Source: Clostridia bacterium | GTDB lineage: Bacteria; Bacillota; Clostridia; Christensenellales; CAG-138 | Direction: 5' to 3' | Assembly (NCBI GenBank): GCA_016296415.1 | Contig: JAEDJH010000001.1 | Span: 1 to 61,198, forward strand | DNA length: 61,198 nucleotides | Part shown: positions 1 through 11,179 of the stretch, piece after piece | Position numbering within the stretch: the first letter of the stretch is position 1 | Layout: every line of letters starts with the position of its first letter | Position numbers and translations under genes: made by a program | The notes under the pieces: model-generated | The model's input: the letters and a program-made list of their open reading frames with translations, nothing else | Database searches by the model: none | What the model was told of the DNA's origin: nothing

Positions 1-76
1 AAGCATATTGCGCTGAACGGCTTCGTTTGACAGCTTTTGCTGTGCTGAATACTCGCCCTGCATCACGGAGGAAAGA

Positions 77-2173
77 ATGAGCAATCTTATCATTGTCGAG
101 TCGCCCACAAAGGCAAAGACTATCGGCAAGTTTTTAGGATCAAAATACAAGGTCATCGCATCCAACGGTCACGTCAGAGATCTGCCTAAAAGTCAGCTCG
201 GTGTGGATGTGGATAACAATTTCGAGCCCAAGTATATAACGCTTCGCGGTAAAAAAAGCGTACTTGACAACATACGCAAGGAAGCTAAAAATGCCGATAA
301 AATCTTCCTTGCAACCGACCCCGACAGAGAGGGAGAGGCTATTTCGTGGCATCTTGCACACATGCTCAAGCTGGACGAAAAAGCGGTATGCCGTGTCGTT
401 TTCAACGAGATAACCGCACCCGTTGTAAAGGCTTCAATCAAGACGCCGAGAGCAATCGACCTTCAGCTGGTGGACGCTCAGCAGGCGCGCCGTGTCCTTG
501 ACAGGCTTGTAGGCTATAAAATCAGCCCCATACTGTGGGCAAAGGTGCGAAGCGGTCTGTCGGCGGGCAGGGTGCAGTCCGTCGCCACAAGGATAATATG
601 CGACCGTGAACAGGAGATAATCGACTTCGTTCCGCAGGAATACTGGACGATAACGGCGCTTTTGAATATGCCGAAAGGCAGAAAGCAAATCGAAGCCGCC
701 TTCTACGGATATAACGGAAAAAAAGTCGAGCTGCATGACGAAAGCAGTACCAACGAGGTTTTACGCCGAATCGACGGACATGACTTCATTGTTGACGGAA
801 TTACCAAAACCGTTAAAAAGCTTCATGCACCCGCACCCTTTACCACCAGCAGCATGCAGCAGGAGGCATCGAGGAAGCTGGGCTTCACAACACAGCACAC
901 GATGCTCGTTGCGCAGCAGCTTTTCGAGGGCATCGAGGTCGGGGGAAGCACAACGGGACTTATCACATACATCAGAACCGACTCCGTTCGTGTTTCAAAT
1001 GAGGCGCAGAATGCAGCGCTTGAGTATATCCGGGACGTATATGGTGATAAATACATACCCTCAACACCGAATGTTTACAAGGGGCGCTCCAATGCACAGG
1101 ATGCACACGAAGCAATACGCCCGTCAGATCTGAAGCTGACTCCGTCAGTGGTAAAGTCATCGCTGACCACCATGCAGTACAGGCTCTATAAACTCATTTT
1201 CGACAGGTTCATCGCATCACAAATGTCCGAGGAAACACTCGAAACCTGCTCGGTGACATACGATGCGAACGGTGCAACGTTCAAATCCACCGCCTCTAAG
1301 GTGCTGTTTGACGGTTTCACGGCCGTCTATACCGAGGGCAGGGACGAGAATGAGGCAAAATCAACAGCCCTACCTGAGATGGAGAAAGGAATGAAGCTGA
1401 CCGCAGGCAAAATAACGCCCGAACAAAAGTTTACGAGCCCTCCGCCAAGATATACGGAAGCGGCACTTGTAAAGCTGCTCGAAGAAAAGGGCATAGGTCG
1501 TCCGTCCACTTTCTCACCCACTATTTCCACCATAATCGCCAGGGGTTATGTGAAGCGGGAGAAAAAGCAGCTTGTTCCCACGGAGCTGGGTTTTGTAGTG
1601 ACTCAGCTTATGAAGGAGAACTTCGAGGATATTGTTGATCTGAAATTTACCGCCGATATGGAGGCTAAGCTTGACAAAATCGAAGAAGGCAAGCAGAACT
1701 GGAACAAGGTCATTGCTGACTTTTATTCCCCGTTTAAGGAAAGCATTGAGCGTGCATCCGCAAGCATAGAGAAAGTCACCCTTCCCGTCGTACAGTCCGA
1801 CGTTGTATGCGATAAATGCGGCGCACTCATGGTATATAAAGACGGAAGATTCGGAAGATTTTTGGCATGCCCGAACTATCCCGAATGCAAAAACACAAAG
1901 GCGTTGACCGAAAAAACGGGAGTTTCCTGCCCGAAATGCGGCAAGGCCATAATAAAGTGCAAAACGAAAAAAGGTAACAAGGTATTTTACGGCTGCGAAG
2001 GGTATCCCGATTGCGACTTTATGCTGTGGGATAAACCTATCGACGAAAAATGCAAGCTGTGCGGCTCTATAATGGTGCAAAAATTTGCACGGAACTTCTG
2101 CTCAAACCCTGAGTGTACAGCCTCAGGCAGAAAGGAAAAGGGCGCAAAAGGCGCAAAAAATGAGAATGAATAA
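77..2173 (+). CDS. topA: DNA topoisomerase I
   Basis: 698-aa ORF. N-terminal Toprim signature [21 protein letters not shown] and the DPDREGE acidic motif. C-terminal series of CxxC zinc ribbons (CDKCG..CPNYPEC, CPKCG..GYPDC, CKLCG). Confidence 0.95.
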   Translation: MSNLIIVESPTKAKTIGKFLGSKYKVIASNGHVRDLPKSQLGVDVDNNFEPKYITLRGKKSVLDNIRKEAKNADKIFLATDPDREGEAISWHLAHMLKLDEKAVCRVVFNEITAPVVKASIKTPRAIDLQLVDAQQARRVLDRLVGYKISPILWAKVRSGLSAGRVQSVATRIICDREQEIIDFVPQEYWTITALLNMPKGRKQIEAAFYGYNGKKVELHDESSTNEVLRRIDGHDFIVDGITKTVKKLHAPAPFTTSSMQQEASRKLGFTTQHTMLVAQQLFEGIEVGGSTTGLITYIRTDSVRVSNEAQNAALEYIRDVYGDKYIPSTPNVYKGRSNAQDAHEAIRPSDLKLTPSVVKSSLTTMQYRLYKLIFDRFIASQMSEETLETCSVTYDANGATFKSTASKVLFDGFTAVYTEGRDENEAKSTALPEMEKGMKLTAGKITPEQKFTSPPPRYTEAALVKLLEEKGIGRPSTFSPTISTIIARGYVKREKKQLVPTELGFVVTQLMKENFEDIVDLKFTADMEAKLDKIEEGKQNWNKVIADFYSPFKESIERASASIEKVTLPVVQSDVVCDKCGALMVYKDGRFGRFLACPNYPECKNTKALTEKTGVSCPKCGKAIIKCKTKKGNKVFYGCEGYPDCDFMLWDKPIDEKCKLCGSIMVQKFARNFCSNPECTASGRKEKGAKGAKNENE

Positions 2174-3464
2174 ACCAATAACAGTAATTGGGGCAGGTTT
2201 AGCGGGATGCGAAGCCGCATATCAGGCGGCTAAAAGGGGCATACCCGTTTTACTTTATGACATGAAACCGACAAGGCGCTCACCGGCGCATAAAAGCGAT
2301 CTTTTTGCCGAGCTTGTCTGTTCAAATTCGCTCCGTTCGGACAGACTGCAAAATGCGGTGGGGCTGCTAAAAGAGGAGCTTAGGCGTCTGGATTCTCTGA
2401 TAATGCAGGCGGCCGATGCAACACGGGTTCCGGCAGGTGGAGCTCTGGCGGTTGACAGACAGGGCTTTTCCGAGTATATCACCGATGCAGTATGCAAAAA
2501 TCCGCTTATCGAAGTACGAAGCGAGGAGGTAACGGAGCTTCCCGACGGCATAACCGTGATTGCTACCGGACCCCTGACCGACGGAGCGCTGCTCAAAGCC
2601 ATTGAGGAGAAAATAGGCGACAGTCTGCACTTTTTTGATGCCGCCGCTCCTGTCGTAACGTACGAGTCGCTTGACATGAACAAGGTGTTTCGTGCGTCAA
2701 GATACGACCGTGGCAGCGATTATCTGAACTGTGCGATGGACAGGGACGAATACATGGACTTCATAAGGGAACTTGTCAATGCCGAAACGACTGAGCTTAA
2801 GGAATTTGAAGATGTTCGTGTGTTCGAGGGCTGCATGCCGATCGAAGTAATGGCAAAGCGGGGAGAGATGACGCTTGCCTTCGGACCTTTGAAGCCCGTT
2901 GGATTGAGCGACCCGAGGAACAATAAGCGCCCGTTTGCCGTGGTACAGCTTCGCCAGGATGATAAGGAGGGTCGCCTGTACAACATTGTCGGCTTCCAGA
3001 CTAATTTGAAATTCGGAGAGCAAAAGCGGGTATTCGGCATGATACCCGGGCTTGAAAATGCCGAGTTTGTGCGTTACGGCGTAATGCACAGAAATTCATT
3101 CATAAACTCACCGAAGCATCTTTCATGGGATTACAGGCTAAACGGCACGGATACCTACTTTGCCGGTCAGATAACCGGCGTTGAGGGTTACGTTGAAAGC
3201 GCTTCAAGCGGATTCGTCGCAGGGGTAAATGCCGCAAGGCGTGCAGAGGGCAGTCCGCCGATAGATTTCACAACAAAAACGGCTATCGGTGCGCTTTGCC
3301 ACTATGTCAGCGAATACGCAGGAAGCGACTTCCAGCCGATGAACGTCACGTTCGGCATAATTGACTCTCTTGAAACCAGAATCCGAAGCAAGCAGGAGCG
3401 ATATACGGCGATTGCAGAGCGTGCTTTGTTCACAATAGACACGATAATTGAGAACGATATGTGA
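2160..3464 (+). CDS. trmFO: Methylenetetrahydrofolate-tRNA-(uracil-5)-methyltransferase TrmFO (Gid)
   Basis: N-terminus [27 protein letters not shown] is an FAD dinucleotide-binding motif, and similarity to TrmFO/Gid runs the full length. I moved the start to ATG 2160 because the first 25 codons of ORF 2085.. lie inside topA. This start overlaps the topA stop. It follows topA as in Bacillus. Confidence 0.9.
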   Translation: MRMNKPITVIGAGLAGCEAAYQAAKRGIPVLLYDMKPTRRSPAHKSDLFAELVCSNSLRSDRLQNAVGLLKEELRRLDSLIMQAADATRVPAGGALAVDRQGFSEYITDAVCKNPLIEVRSEEVTELPDGITVIATGPLTDGALLKAIEEKIGDSLHFFDAAAPVVTYESLDMNKVFRASRYDRGSDYLNCAMDRDEYMDFIRELVNAETTELKEFEDVRVFEGCMPIEVMAKRGEMTLAFGPLKPVGLSDPRNNKRPFAVVQLRQDDKEGRLYNIVGFQTNLKFGEQKRVFGMIPGLENAEFVRYGVMHRNSFINSPKHLSWDYRLNGTDTYFAGQITGVEGYVESASSGFVAGVNAARRAEGSPPIDFTTKTAIGALCHYVSEYAGSDFQPMNVTFGIIDSLETRIRSKQERYTAIAERALFTIDTIIENDM

Positions 3465-3534
3465 ATAAACTGCGGTTTTGTGCAAAAATCCGCACAATAT
3501 GGTACAATACAAAAAACAAAAGGCAGAGTGAACA

Positions 3535-4089
3535 ATGAGGTTTGACGGAACAACTATAATAGCCGTAAGGCGAAACGGCGAATGTGCCGTGGCGGGCGAC
3601 GGTCAGGTGACATTCGGTGAAAACACGATAATGAAGCATTCGGCAAAGAAGGTACGCAGGCTCTATCACGATAAGGTGATCGTAGGCTTTGCGGGCGCCG
3701 TGGCCGATGCTTTTTCGCTTTGCGAACGCTTTGAAACAAAGCTTGAAAAATACAGCGGCAGCCTTAAAAGGGCAGCGGTAGCCTTAGCGCAGGAGTGGCG
3801 GAGCGATAAGGCATTAAGGCAGCTTCAAGCGCTTCTTATATGTGCCGACGCCACGGATCTGCTCATCGTTTCCGGCACGGGTGAGGTCATAGATCCCGAC
3901 GACGGCATAGCTGCCATAGGTTCAGGGGGAATGTATGCGCTTGCAGCAGGTCGTGCGCTCCTTAACAATACGGAGCTCGATGCTAAAACGATAGCGGAAA
4001 AATCAATACTGATCGCCTCCGAGATATGCGTATATACGAATAATTGCATTACTGTTGAGACCATCCGAAACGAAGGGGGAGAGCTTTGA
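3535..4089 (+). CDS. hslV: ATP-dependent protease subunit HslV (ClpQ)
   Basis: [26 protein letters not shown]-terminal nucleophile proteasome-like signature. 184 aa. The stop overlaps the hslU start. Confidence 0.93.
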   Translation: MRFDGTTIIAVRRNGECAVAGDGQVTFGENTIMKHSAKKVRRLYHDKVIVGFAGAVADAFSLCERFETKLEKYSGSLKRAAVALAQEWRSDKALRQLQALLICADATDLLIVSGTGEVIDPDDGIAAIGSGGMYALAAGRALLNNTELDAKTIAEKSILIASEICVYTNNCITVETIRNEGGEL

Positions 4090-5501
4090 TGCTGACACCT
4101 AAAGAGATAATTGATGCGCTGGACAAATACATAATCGGACAGGATGAAGCAAAGCGTGCCGTTGCCATTGCGCTCAGAAACAGATACAGATGGGGCAGGC
4201 TCTCCGATGAAATGCGGGAGGAAATAGCCCCCAAAAATATAATTATGGTCGGACCCACGGGCGTGGGTAAGACGGAAATAGCAAGGCGCCTTGCAAAGCT
4301 TGTCGATGCACCCTTTGCCAAGGTTGAGGCGACAAAATTTACCGAGGTCGGTTATGTGGGCCGTGACGTTGACTCGATGATCCGTGATTTGATTGAAGCC
4401 TCTATTAATCTGTGCAAAAAACGCAGGGAGGCAGCGGTAAAGCACGTTGCGGAGGCTGCAGCCGAACAGCGGCTTTGTGACTTGCTGATGACACCCTCAA
4501 ACGAGCAGAGGACCTCAAAGCCTATGCAGAATAATCCCCTGCAATTCCTTTTTGACGGAGCTGGGGTGAAGCCCGACACGACAGAGATTGCGGTGTCGAA
4601 AAGCGATGAGGAGCGTGCTGCCGAGAACGCAAAGCGCAGCGAAATACTGTCAAAGCTCCGTGACGGCAGGCTGGAGGACACTTTGATAGAAATCAGCGTA
4701 AATCAGGATATGTCGTCCCGTGACGGAGGAATGCTTGCAATTGGCATTGATTTTAATCTTAACGAAGTGTTGGGCGATATGCTTCCAAAGCAGAAAAAAC
4801 TCCGTAAAATGAGCGTGAAGGATGCTCGCCGCATAATCATACAGGAGGAAATGGACAAGCTCATCGACATGGATGAGGTTATTCGTGAAGCTGTTGAAAA
4901 AGCGGAGCAGGACGGAATAATCTTTATCGACGAAATTGACAAAATTGTCGGAGCGAGGGAGGTCGGACACGGTCCCGACGTTTCCCGTGAGGGCGTACAG
5001 CGGGATATACTTCCACTCGTCGAAGGCTGTACCGTCAGCACAAAATACGGCGGCGTAAAGACCGATCATATTCTTTTTATTGCGGCAGGAGCGTTTCACG
5101 TTTCAAAGCTGTCGGATATGATCCCCGAGCTCCAGGGGCGTTTCCCGATAATTGTGGAGCTTAGCGCTTTGACCGCAGGCGACTTTAAGCAGATACTCAC
5201 AAAGCCCAAAAACTCTCTGACCAAGCAATATGCGGCTCTGCTTTCGGTTGATAATATTTCCCTGTCGTTTACCGACGGTGCGCTTGATGCAATTTCCGAA
5301 TATGCGCTGATGATGAATGAAACCAACGAGAACATCGGAGCAAGGCGTTTGCATACCATAATGGAGAAGCTGCTTGAGGATATTTCGTTCAATGCAAACG
5401 GAAACCATCCTCAAATTGAGGTGGTTATCGACGAAAAATATGTAAAGGAGCATATCGACTCAAGCGCATTAAAGGTCGATTTGCAAAAGTTTATTATCTG
5501 A
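4086..5501 (+). CDS. hslU: ATP-dependent protease ATPase subunit HslU (ClpY)
   Basis: [33 protein letters not shown]. Walker [16 protein letters not shown], Walker [13 protein letters not shown]+ with an I-domain insertion. Confidence 0.95.
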   Translation: MMLTPKEIIDALDKYIIGQDEAKRAVAIALRNRYRWGRLSDEMREEIAPKNIIMVGPTGVGKTEIARRLAKLVDAPFAKVEATKFTEVGYVGRDVDSMIRDLIEASINLCKKRREAAVKHVAEAAAEQRLCDLLMTPSNEQRTSKPMQNNPLQFLFDGAGVKPDTTEIAVSKSDEERAAENAKRSEILSKLRDGRLEDTLIEISVNQDMSSRDGGMLAIGIDFNLNEVLGDMLPKQKKLRKMSVKDARRIIIQEEMDKLIDMDEVIREAVEKAEQDGIIFIDEIDKIVGAREVGHGPDVSREGVQRDILPLVEGCTVSTKYGGVKTDHILFIAAGAFHVSKLSDMIPELQGRFPIIVELSALTAGDFKQILTKPKNSLTKQYAALLSVDNISLSFTDGALDAISEYALMMNETNENIGARRLHTIMEKLLEDISFNANGNHPQIEVVIDEKYVKEHIDSSALKVDLQKFII

Positions 5502-5502
5502 C

Positions 5503-6408
5503 GTGGGGAAAATTTTTAAAAAAACAGTCGGTATTGTTTTCCTGATGATGCTTTGCCTCGCCACTGCATGCGGCCCTGCATCAAGGGTAAATGCGCCCGA
5601 AGATGCCGATATAATGGTTGATATTCTGCCGACGGAGAAATTGACGGTAGCTGAACCTCCTGCTGCCGTGCTGTCACCCGTATTATCGACCGTGACTTCT
5701 CCGTCGCCGACTGCAACGCCTGAGCCGACCGCTACCCCGAAGCCCACCGACTCGGATCCGCTTGCGGCCTACACCATAATTGAAATGGACAAAGGCGGCT
5801 ATATAAATAAAAACGGCGTAAATATGCGTAAAGGTCCCTCGACCCGTTTTGAGCTTATAGCGACCCTTGATATGTACACGCCTCTTAGGATCACCGGCGA
5901 GTGCGACGGGTGGTATAGAGTCAGGATAGTTTCGGACAACTCCGTTGGCTTCATAAAGAAGGATTTTGTCACAAGAGGATATGCCCCTGAGCCCACGCCA
6001 AAGCCGAAGCCCACCGTTACGCCGAAGCCGTCGTATAACCCCTCCGGAAACTATACCGAAGAAGAAGTATTGCTTGTTGCAAAGCTTGCATATCTTGAGA
6101 GCGGACATACGACAAAGGGATTTAAGGCGGTTGCAAGCGTAGTGCTGAACAGAGTGCTTCACAAGAGCTTTCCCAACACTATAGAAGGCGTTATTTATGC
6201 ACCGGGGCAATTTTCGGTGGTAGGGGAGCTCGACAGTACCACTCCCTCAAACGGTGCAATTAACGCCGTCCGTGATGTGCTGAACGGAAATGGTCCGATT
6301 CTGCCAAAGGATGTGCTCAATTTCAGGGCCGCACGGCTCGGACGTGTATGGGGAAACCTTGAATATTACTGCACCATAGCCAATAACTGCTATTTCCGCA
6401 GAAAGTGA
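5503..6408 (+). CDS. Lipoprotein with an SH3b-like domain and a SleB/CwlJ-type cell-wall hydrolase domain
   Basis: GTG start 1 nt after the hslU stop. Signal peptide with lipobox LATAC. Pro/Thr-rich linkers (PTATPEPTATPKPT, EPTPKPKPTVTPKPS). SH3b-like segment GVNMRKGPSTRFELIATL..GWYRVRI. C-terminal Hydrolase_2-like segment LAYLESGHTTKGFKAVASVVLNRV..PGQFS. Confidence 0.75.
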   Translation: MGKIFKKTVGIVFLMMLCLATACGPASRVNAPEDADIMVDILPTEKLTVAEPPAAVLSPVLSTVTSPSPTATPEPTATPKPTDSDPLAAYTIIEMDKGGYINKNGVNMRKGPSTRFELIATLDMYTPLRITGECDGWYRVRIVSDNSVGFIKKDFVTRGYAPEPTPKPKPTVTPKPSYNPSGNYTEEEVLLVAKLAYLESGHTTKGFKAVASVVLNRVLHKSFPNTIEGVIYAPGQFSVVGELDSTTPSNGAINAVRDVLNGNGPILPKDVLNFRAARLGRVWGNLEYYCTIANNCYFRRK

Positions 6409-6434
6409 TTAAACAATAAAATAAGAAGCAAACT

Positions 6435-6470
6435 AATACCGCATTACTTAATTGAAAGGCGGTATTTTTT
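6435..6470 (+). terminator. Rho-independent terminator-like hairpin
   Basis: AATACCGC-(16 nt)-GCGGTATT followed by TTTTTT. It ends 2 nt before ATG 6473. Confidence 0.6.
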
Positions 6471-6472
6471 AT

Positions 6473-8818
6473 ATGAAAGCGATAATTATGGCAGGCGGCG
6501 AAGGGCAAAGGCTTAGACCGATAACCTGCACAATGCCAAAGCCGCTTGTTCCGCTGCTGAACAAGCCGGTTATAGATTACTGCGTTGATTTATTAAAGGC
6601 AAGCGGAATTGACGACATAACCGTAACGACGCATTATCTGCCGAAAAAGCTGATTGAGCATCTTGGCGACGGTTCAAACTACGGAGTAAAAATTCGACAC
6701 GTTGTGGAGGACAAGCCTCTCGGAACTGCGGGCAGCGTCAGAGCGGCCGTGGGCATGGATAATAACGATACGATACTTGTAATAAGCGGCGATGCAATCA
6801 CCGACATAGATTTGCGTTCCGCAATAAAAAATCACGATGAGCTCGGCATGCGTGCCACAATAGTGCTGAAAAGGGTTGCGCTTCCGACTGAATACGGCGT
6901 TGCGCTGCTTGACAAAAACGGGTGCATAACCCGTTTCCTGGAAAAGCCGCTTCAAAATGAGGTTTTCAGCGATTTGGCGAACACGGGCATATACATTCTT
7001 GAAAAGGACGTGCTGGATTTAATTCCCGAGAATATGCCGTTTGACTTCAGCAAGGATCTGTTTCCGAAGCTGATGGCGGAAAATATCCCGATCCACGGGC
7101 ATATTTCCGACGGTTATTGGTGCGATATAGGCGATATGAAGCAGTATTTATCGGCGCAGATAGATATGCTCGACAGAAAATGTGATTTTAAAACCGCCGC
7201 AATTTGCGATAACGGTATCTATGTCGAGCCCGGGGCAAGAATTTCTGCCGACGCAAAGCTGCTTTCGCCGTGCTATGTTTCCTCCGGCGCACAGATCGGC
7301 TCATTGGCGTGCATAGGTCCAAACACCGTTATATGCTCTGACGCAAGGATAGGGGAGGGCAGCAGCATAAAGCGAAGCATTGTCATGACCGGCGCAAGCG
7401 TTAGAGAAGGCACGGAGCTTCGTGGAGCGATAATATGCGAAAATGCCGTGGTGGACGAAAACGTTCTGGCACTTGAAAACAGCGTGGTAGGCGCAAAAAC
7501 TCATATTGGAAGGGGATCGACGATATACCCAAACAGCTGGATATGGCCCGAAAAGAATATGGAGCCCGGAACGGACTGCAGCGATAATATTGTGTGGGGA
7601 GAGGGAAAAAGGCTTGCATTTGCCTCGGCAGGCATAACGGCATACGCTGATACAGAGCTTTGTCCCGAATCGGCCGTCAGACTCGGAGCTGCCTTCTGTG
7701 ACAGTATGAAGCTGTCAACTGTCGCAGTGGCATCGGACGGCAGGCTTCAATGCGCCATGCTTCAGGCGGCTTTTATTTCCGGCTGTTTGTCGCAAGGATG
7801 TGATGTGCATAAAATGAACTCGGTTTCACGCTCGGTATGCAGATACGGTGTGAAAAACTTCGGACTCGACGGCGGCGTCTATATACACGGAAGCGATTCC
7901 GCCTCACATAAGGTTATCATTGAGTTTTTCGATAAAAACGGTAAAACCATATCTCCGGCAAGTATAAGAAAACTCCTGCAAAGTTTTGAAAGGGGCGAAA
8001 AGCGCCCTGTAACAAGCACTCAAATCGGCATAACATACGATTGCAGCAGTGCAGTGCTGGCATACGAAGCCGAGCTTTCAAGGTATGTAGGACGGGATAA
8101 GCTGATGGGCAAGGGCGGCACGGTTTTGATTTCTGCATCAGCAGATATAACAAATACCGCTGCGCTCGTACTGCTGAAGCTTGGTTTCAATGTAATTGCA
8201 AAGCAAAACGCAAAGGATGATGAACTTTATGCGCTGGTAAATTCAAATAACGCCGACATCGGAATATGCGTGCACGAGGATGGCTCCGTATTCGCCGTAA
8301 ACAGCGACGGAAAAGGCATAAATGACAATATGGCAGCGATTATCGTCGAGGTTTTGGGCGAAGGTGAGTCCGTAGTGCTGTCTGCGTGCCAACCCGAAGA
8401 ATATCTGAAATTCTTGAGGGAAAAAGGTATTGATGTTAAGACCGAAACCGAGCAGTCGATACTTAATAACAGAGAGCCTGAAAAATTCATACTCAGGCTT
8501 GTACAGCTTCAGGCGGAGAAAGGTCTTTCGCCGCTCGTTGATGCTCTTCCCAAGGTTGCAGGCAAGGAGAACAAGGTAGGCTGTTCATGGAAGGACGTAG
8601 GCAGGGTGTTTAGAAGCCTGGTCGAAACCGAAAAACAGGCTTCGATAGAGTTGGTTGATGGTGTCAAGATCAAAAATGATACAGGATGGGTGATAGTCAA
8701 GCCTAACGACGAGTTTGCCGCCTGCAGAATAATCTGCGGAAGCTACAATCAAGAATATGCCTCGGAGCTGTGCGACATATATACACGCAGAGTGAGGGAC
8801 ATTTTGAAGAAACAATAA
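6473..8818 (+). CDS. Sugar-phosphate nucleotidyltransferase (ManC/GlmU-like, with left-handed beta-helix) fused to a phosphohexomutase-like C-terminal region
   Basis: MKAIIMAGGEGQRLRPITCTMPKPLVPLLNKPVIDY is the NTP-transferase G-loop. Hexapeptide-repeat-like middle. The C-terminal ~400 aa resembles PGM/PMM but its motifs are degenerate (SASHKV, VHEDGSV, VKPNDEF). I preferred ATG 6473 over TTG 6452. Confidence 0.75.
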   Translation: MKAIIMAGGEGQRLRPITCTMPKPLVPLLNKPVIDYCVDLLKASGIDDITVTTHYLPKKLIEHLGDGSNYGVKIRHVVEDKPLGTAGSVRAAVGMDNNDTILVISGDAITDIDLRSAIKNHDELGMRATIVLKRVALPTEYGVALLDKNGCITRFLEKPLQNEVFSDLANTGIYILEKDVLDLIPENMPFDFSKDLFPKLMAENIPIHGHISDGYWCDIGDMKQYLSAQIDMLDRKCDFKTAAICDNGIYVEPGARISADAKLLSPCYVSSGAQIGSLACIGPNTVICSDARIGEGSSIKRSIVMTGASVREGTELRGAIICENAVVDENVLALENSVVGAKTHIGRGSTIYPNSWIWPEKNMEPGTDCSDNIVWGEGKRLAFASAGITAYADTELCPESAVRLGAAFCDSMKLSTVAVASDGRLQCAMLQAAFISGCLSQGCDVHKMNSVSRSVCRYGVKNFGLDGGVYIHGSDSASHKVIIEFFDKNGKTISPASIRKLLQSFERGEKRPVTSTQIGITYDCSSAVLAYEAELSRYVGRDKLMGKGGTVLISASADITNTAALVLLKLGFNVIAKQNAKDDELYALVNSNNADIGICVHEDGSVFAVNSDGKGINDNMAAIIVEVLGEGESVVLSACQPEEYLKFLREKGIDVKTETEQSILNNREPEKFILRLVQLQAEKGLSPLVDALPKVAGKENKVGCSWKDVGRVFRSLVETEKQASIELVDGVKIKNDTGWVIVKPNDEFAACRIICGSYNQEYASELCDIYTRRVRDILKKQ

Positions 8819-8877
8819 CTTGCAAATGCGGGGGTTTTGTGTTAATATCCTCTCGATAAAATGAGGAGGGGATACGA

Positions 8878-9339
8878 ATGCTGAACGTTGTGCTGGTGGA
8901 ACCGGAAATACCGCAGAATACCGGGAATATTTCAAGGACCTGCGTTGTCACGGGCACGGTACTGCATCTTGTGCGCCCTCTCGGGTTCGAAATAAGCGAC
9001 CGAACGCTTAAAAGGGCGGGACTCGATTACTGGAAGGATCTTACGGTATTTTACTACGACAGCTTTGAAGAGGTCGAAGCCAAATACTCGAGCGCCAAAT
9101 TTCATCTTGCATCGACTCACGCTGTTAAAGGCTATGCGGACGTAAAATATGCGGACGGGGACTTCATAGTGTTCGGGAAAGAAACCGCAGGTCTCGGGGA
9201 AAAGCTGCTTTCGAGGCGCAGCGAGGATGCGATAAGGATACCGATGCTCCCGAATCAACGCTCGCTCAACCTCTCAAACTCCGTCGCTGTCGTTCTTTAC
9301 GAGGCACTTCGGCAGCTAAGCTTCCCTAACTTATGCTAA
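8878..9339 (+). CDS. trmL: tRNA (cytidine/uridine-2'-O)-methyltransferase TrmL (SpoU family)
   Basis: 153 aa. MLNVVLVEPEIPQNTGNISRTC..GFEISDRTLKRAGLDYW and the C-terminal SLNLSNSVAVVLYEALRQ SPOUT knot motif. Confidence 0.88.
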   Translation: MLNVVLVEPEIPQNTGNISRTCVVTGTVLHLVRPLGFEISDRTLKRAGLDYWKDLTVFYYDSFEEVEAKYSSAKFHLASTHAVKGYADVKYADGDFIVFGKETAGLGEKLLSRRSEDAIRIPMLPNQRSLNLSNSVAVVLYEALRQLSFPNLC

Positions 9340-9914
9340 AAAGTCAATACACCAAGATGCTCCAGCAGTATCTTCAGACCAATTAAACAAAGGATTATGC
9401 CGGCAATAAGACCGGCTCTTTTTTTGAACATATTTCCAAGGAATTTGCCGAGAAACGCACCGAGGCATGATAGAGTGAAGGTGATTACGCCAATAAGTGC
9501 AATGCCCAGCCACAGCTCCGAGCCCGGGATGGCCAAACTTGCAAAGCTGATACCGACGGCTAAAGCATCAATGCTCGTGGCAACCGCCATGATCAAAAGA
9601 TTGGTTATCGAGAAAGGATCCTTATTTACGGTTTCCTCATCGTTTTTGAACGACTCTACTATCATCTTGAAGCCGATAAAGGCAAGGAGAAGGAAAGCGA
9701 TCCAATGATCGAATGCGCTTATGTATTTGCTTACGCTTGTGCCGAGCAGCCACCCCAAAGTGGGCATGAGTGCCTGAAAGCCGCCAAAAAGCAGCGCCAT
9801 CAGCAGCACCTTCGGAAGCTGAAGCTTCTTTACCGCTATTCCGTTTGTAATGCTGACCGACATTGCGTCCGCCGCCAATGCGAGCGCAGTCAAAACCAAT
9901 GAAATTATATCCAT
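9336..9914 (-). CDS. mntP: Manganese efflux pump MntP
   Basis: 192 aa and about 6 TM segments. Duplicated DUF204-type motif (LALAADAMSVSITNG / AVATSIDALAVGISF). Confidence 0.85.
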   Translation of the reverse strand: MDIISLVLTALALAADAMSVSITNGIAVKKLQLPKVLLMALLFGGFQALMPTLGWLLGTSVSKYISAFDHWIAFLLLAFIGFKMIVESFKNDEETVNKDPFSITNLLIMAVATSIDALAVGISFASLAIPGSELWLGIALIGVITFTLSCLGAFLGKFLGNMFKKRAGLIAGIILCLIGLKILLEHLGVLTF

Positions 9915-10021
9915 ACAAAAACTCCGTTAAATAATGTATGGTTTAATTTTACAGTATATCCTGCCTCTGCGCAACACATAACAATGTACTTTCGTGTCGC
10001 AAAGCAAGGCAGGGGAGTGGA

Positions 10022-11089
10022 CTAATCCTCATTGTCGGCTGTGGGGTCGGTGTTTTTGAGCTTGATTACCTCGGCCGCATAGCGTTTTCTGTCCTTCTCG
10101 ATCTCTGCGTAGTGCTTTCGGGTCGTGTTGACGTCTTTATGACCGAGCATATCCGCTACGATGTATATGTCGCCGGTTTTGTTGTACAGCATTGTGCCAT
10201 AGGTGCTTCTGAGCTTATGCGGAGATATTTTTTTAAGCGGCGCGGCGATGGCAGCATACTTTTTTACGAGATTTTCGACCGTTCTGACGTTTATACGCTT
10301 TCTTTGCATCGAAAGGAAGAATGCTTCTTCATGTCCTTCTGCTGGAATTATTCCGCGACGAATCTCCAAATACGCCTCAAGCGCTTCCATGACCTCATCG
10401 CCAAAGGGAAGAATGTCCTGATTGCCGCCTTTTCTGGTTATGACAAACTCTCTGTTTTCTATGTCAATGTCCTGAACATCTATGCCAACAAGCTCGCTTA
10501 TGCGGATTCCGCTGCCCAAAAACAGCGTTAGAATAGCCAAATCACGCACTTTTGTCAGCTCATGATAGCTTTTTTGGCGGCTTGTCAAGCCTTCGCCGTT
10601 TTGTGCCGTTTCGAGTATCTGTTCAATTTCCTTTATATCAAGGCGAATGATGTTCTTTGTGTGGATTTTCGGCGTGTCGATCAAGGCGACGGCATTCCTC
10701 GACAGTTTTTCACGTTTGTAAAAAAATTTGAACAGCGCCCTCAATGCCGACAGCTTTCGTGCTTTTCCGTATTCGGTGTTGGTTCTTATGTTGTCATCGT
10801 CGCCGTAAGCGGTCACGTACGAAAGGAAGCTTTCAAAAACGCTGACCGGCAGCTTGTCCAAAGCATCGAGCGTTATATCCTTTACCGAATTTAACGGCAG
10901 AACCTTTTCGTCGATAAGATAATGCAAAAAAATCTTAACGTCGATAATATAATTAAGGCGTGTCAAGGGCGTTGTGGTATTTTCAACGCCCACGGCAAAC
11001 TCGCTGCAGAACACGGGCAAATCCCTGAGCAGCTCACGAAGCTTGCGAATTATCTTTATATTGCGTTCGGACGAATACAGTTCAGCCAT
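10022..11089 (-). CDS. Tyrosine recombinase, XerC/XerD-like (phage integrase family)
   Basis: 355 aa. N-terminal core-binding (SAM-like) region. Catalytic C-terminus with SGIRISEL, ISPHKLRSTYGT and LGHKDVNTTRKHY (R..HxxR..Y). Upstream is a TTGTCT-17-TAAAAT promoter-like sequence. Confidence 0.8.
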   Translation of the reverse strand: MAELYSSERNIKIIRKLRELLRDLPVFCSEFAVGVENTTTPLTRLNYIIDVKIFLHYLIDEKVLPLNSVKDITLDALDKLPVSVFESFLSYVTAYGDDDNIRTNTEYGKARKLSALRALFKFFYKREKLSRNAVALIDTPKIHTKNIIRLDIKEIEQILETAQNGEGLTSRQKSYHELTKVRDLAILTLFLGSGIRISELVGIDVQDIDIENREFVITRKGGNQDILPFGDEVMEALEAYLEIRRGIIPAEGHEEAFFLSMQRKRINVRTVENLVKKYAAIAAPLKKISPHKLRSTYGTMLYNKTGDIYIVADMLGHKDVNTTRKHYAEIEKDRKRYAAEVIKLKNTDPTADNED

Positions 11090-11179
11090 AGCGCCTCCAA
11101 TTTCGGTAGGGAAAGTAATGCTTGTATTTTAACATAACTATTCGTAAAAGACAAGTTTTGCGAATAATACTATGTATTT

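Noticed and set aside
9915-10021. Expected a yybP-ykoY (Mn2+) riboswitch upstream of mntP.
   Set aside because: The minus strand lacks the conserved GGGGAGUAG-type core. GGGGAGTGG occurs only on the plus strand, which is the wrong orientation. What is present is a long imperfect hairpin (9960-10013) directly after the Xer-like gene stop, more simply explained as its terminator.
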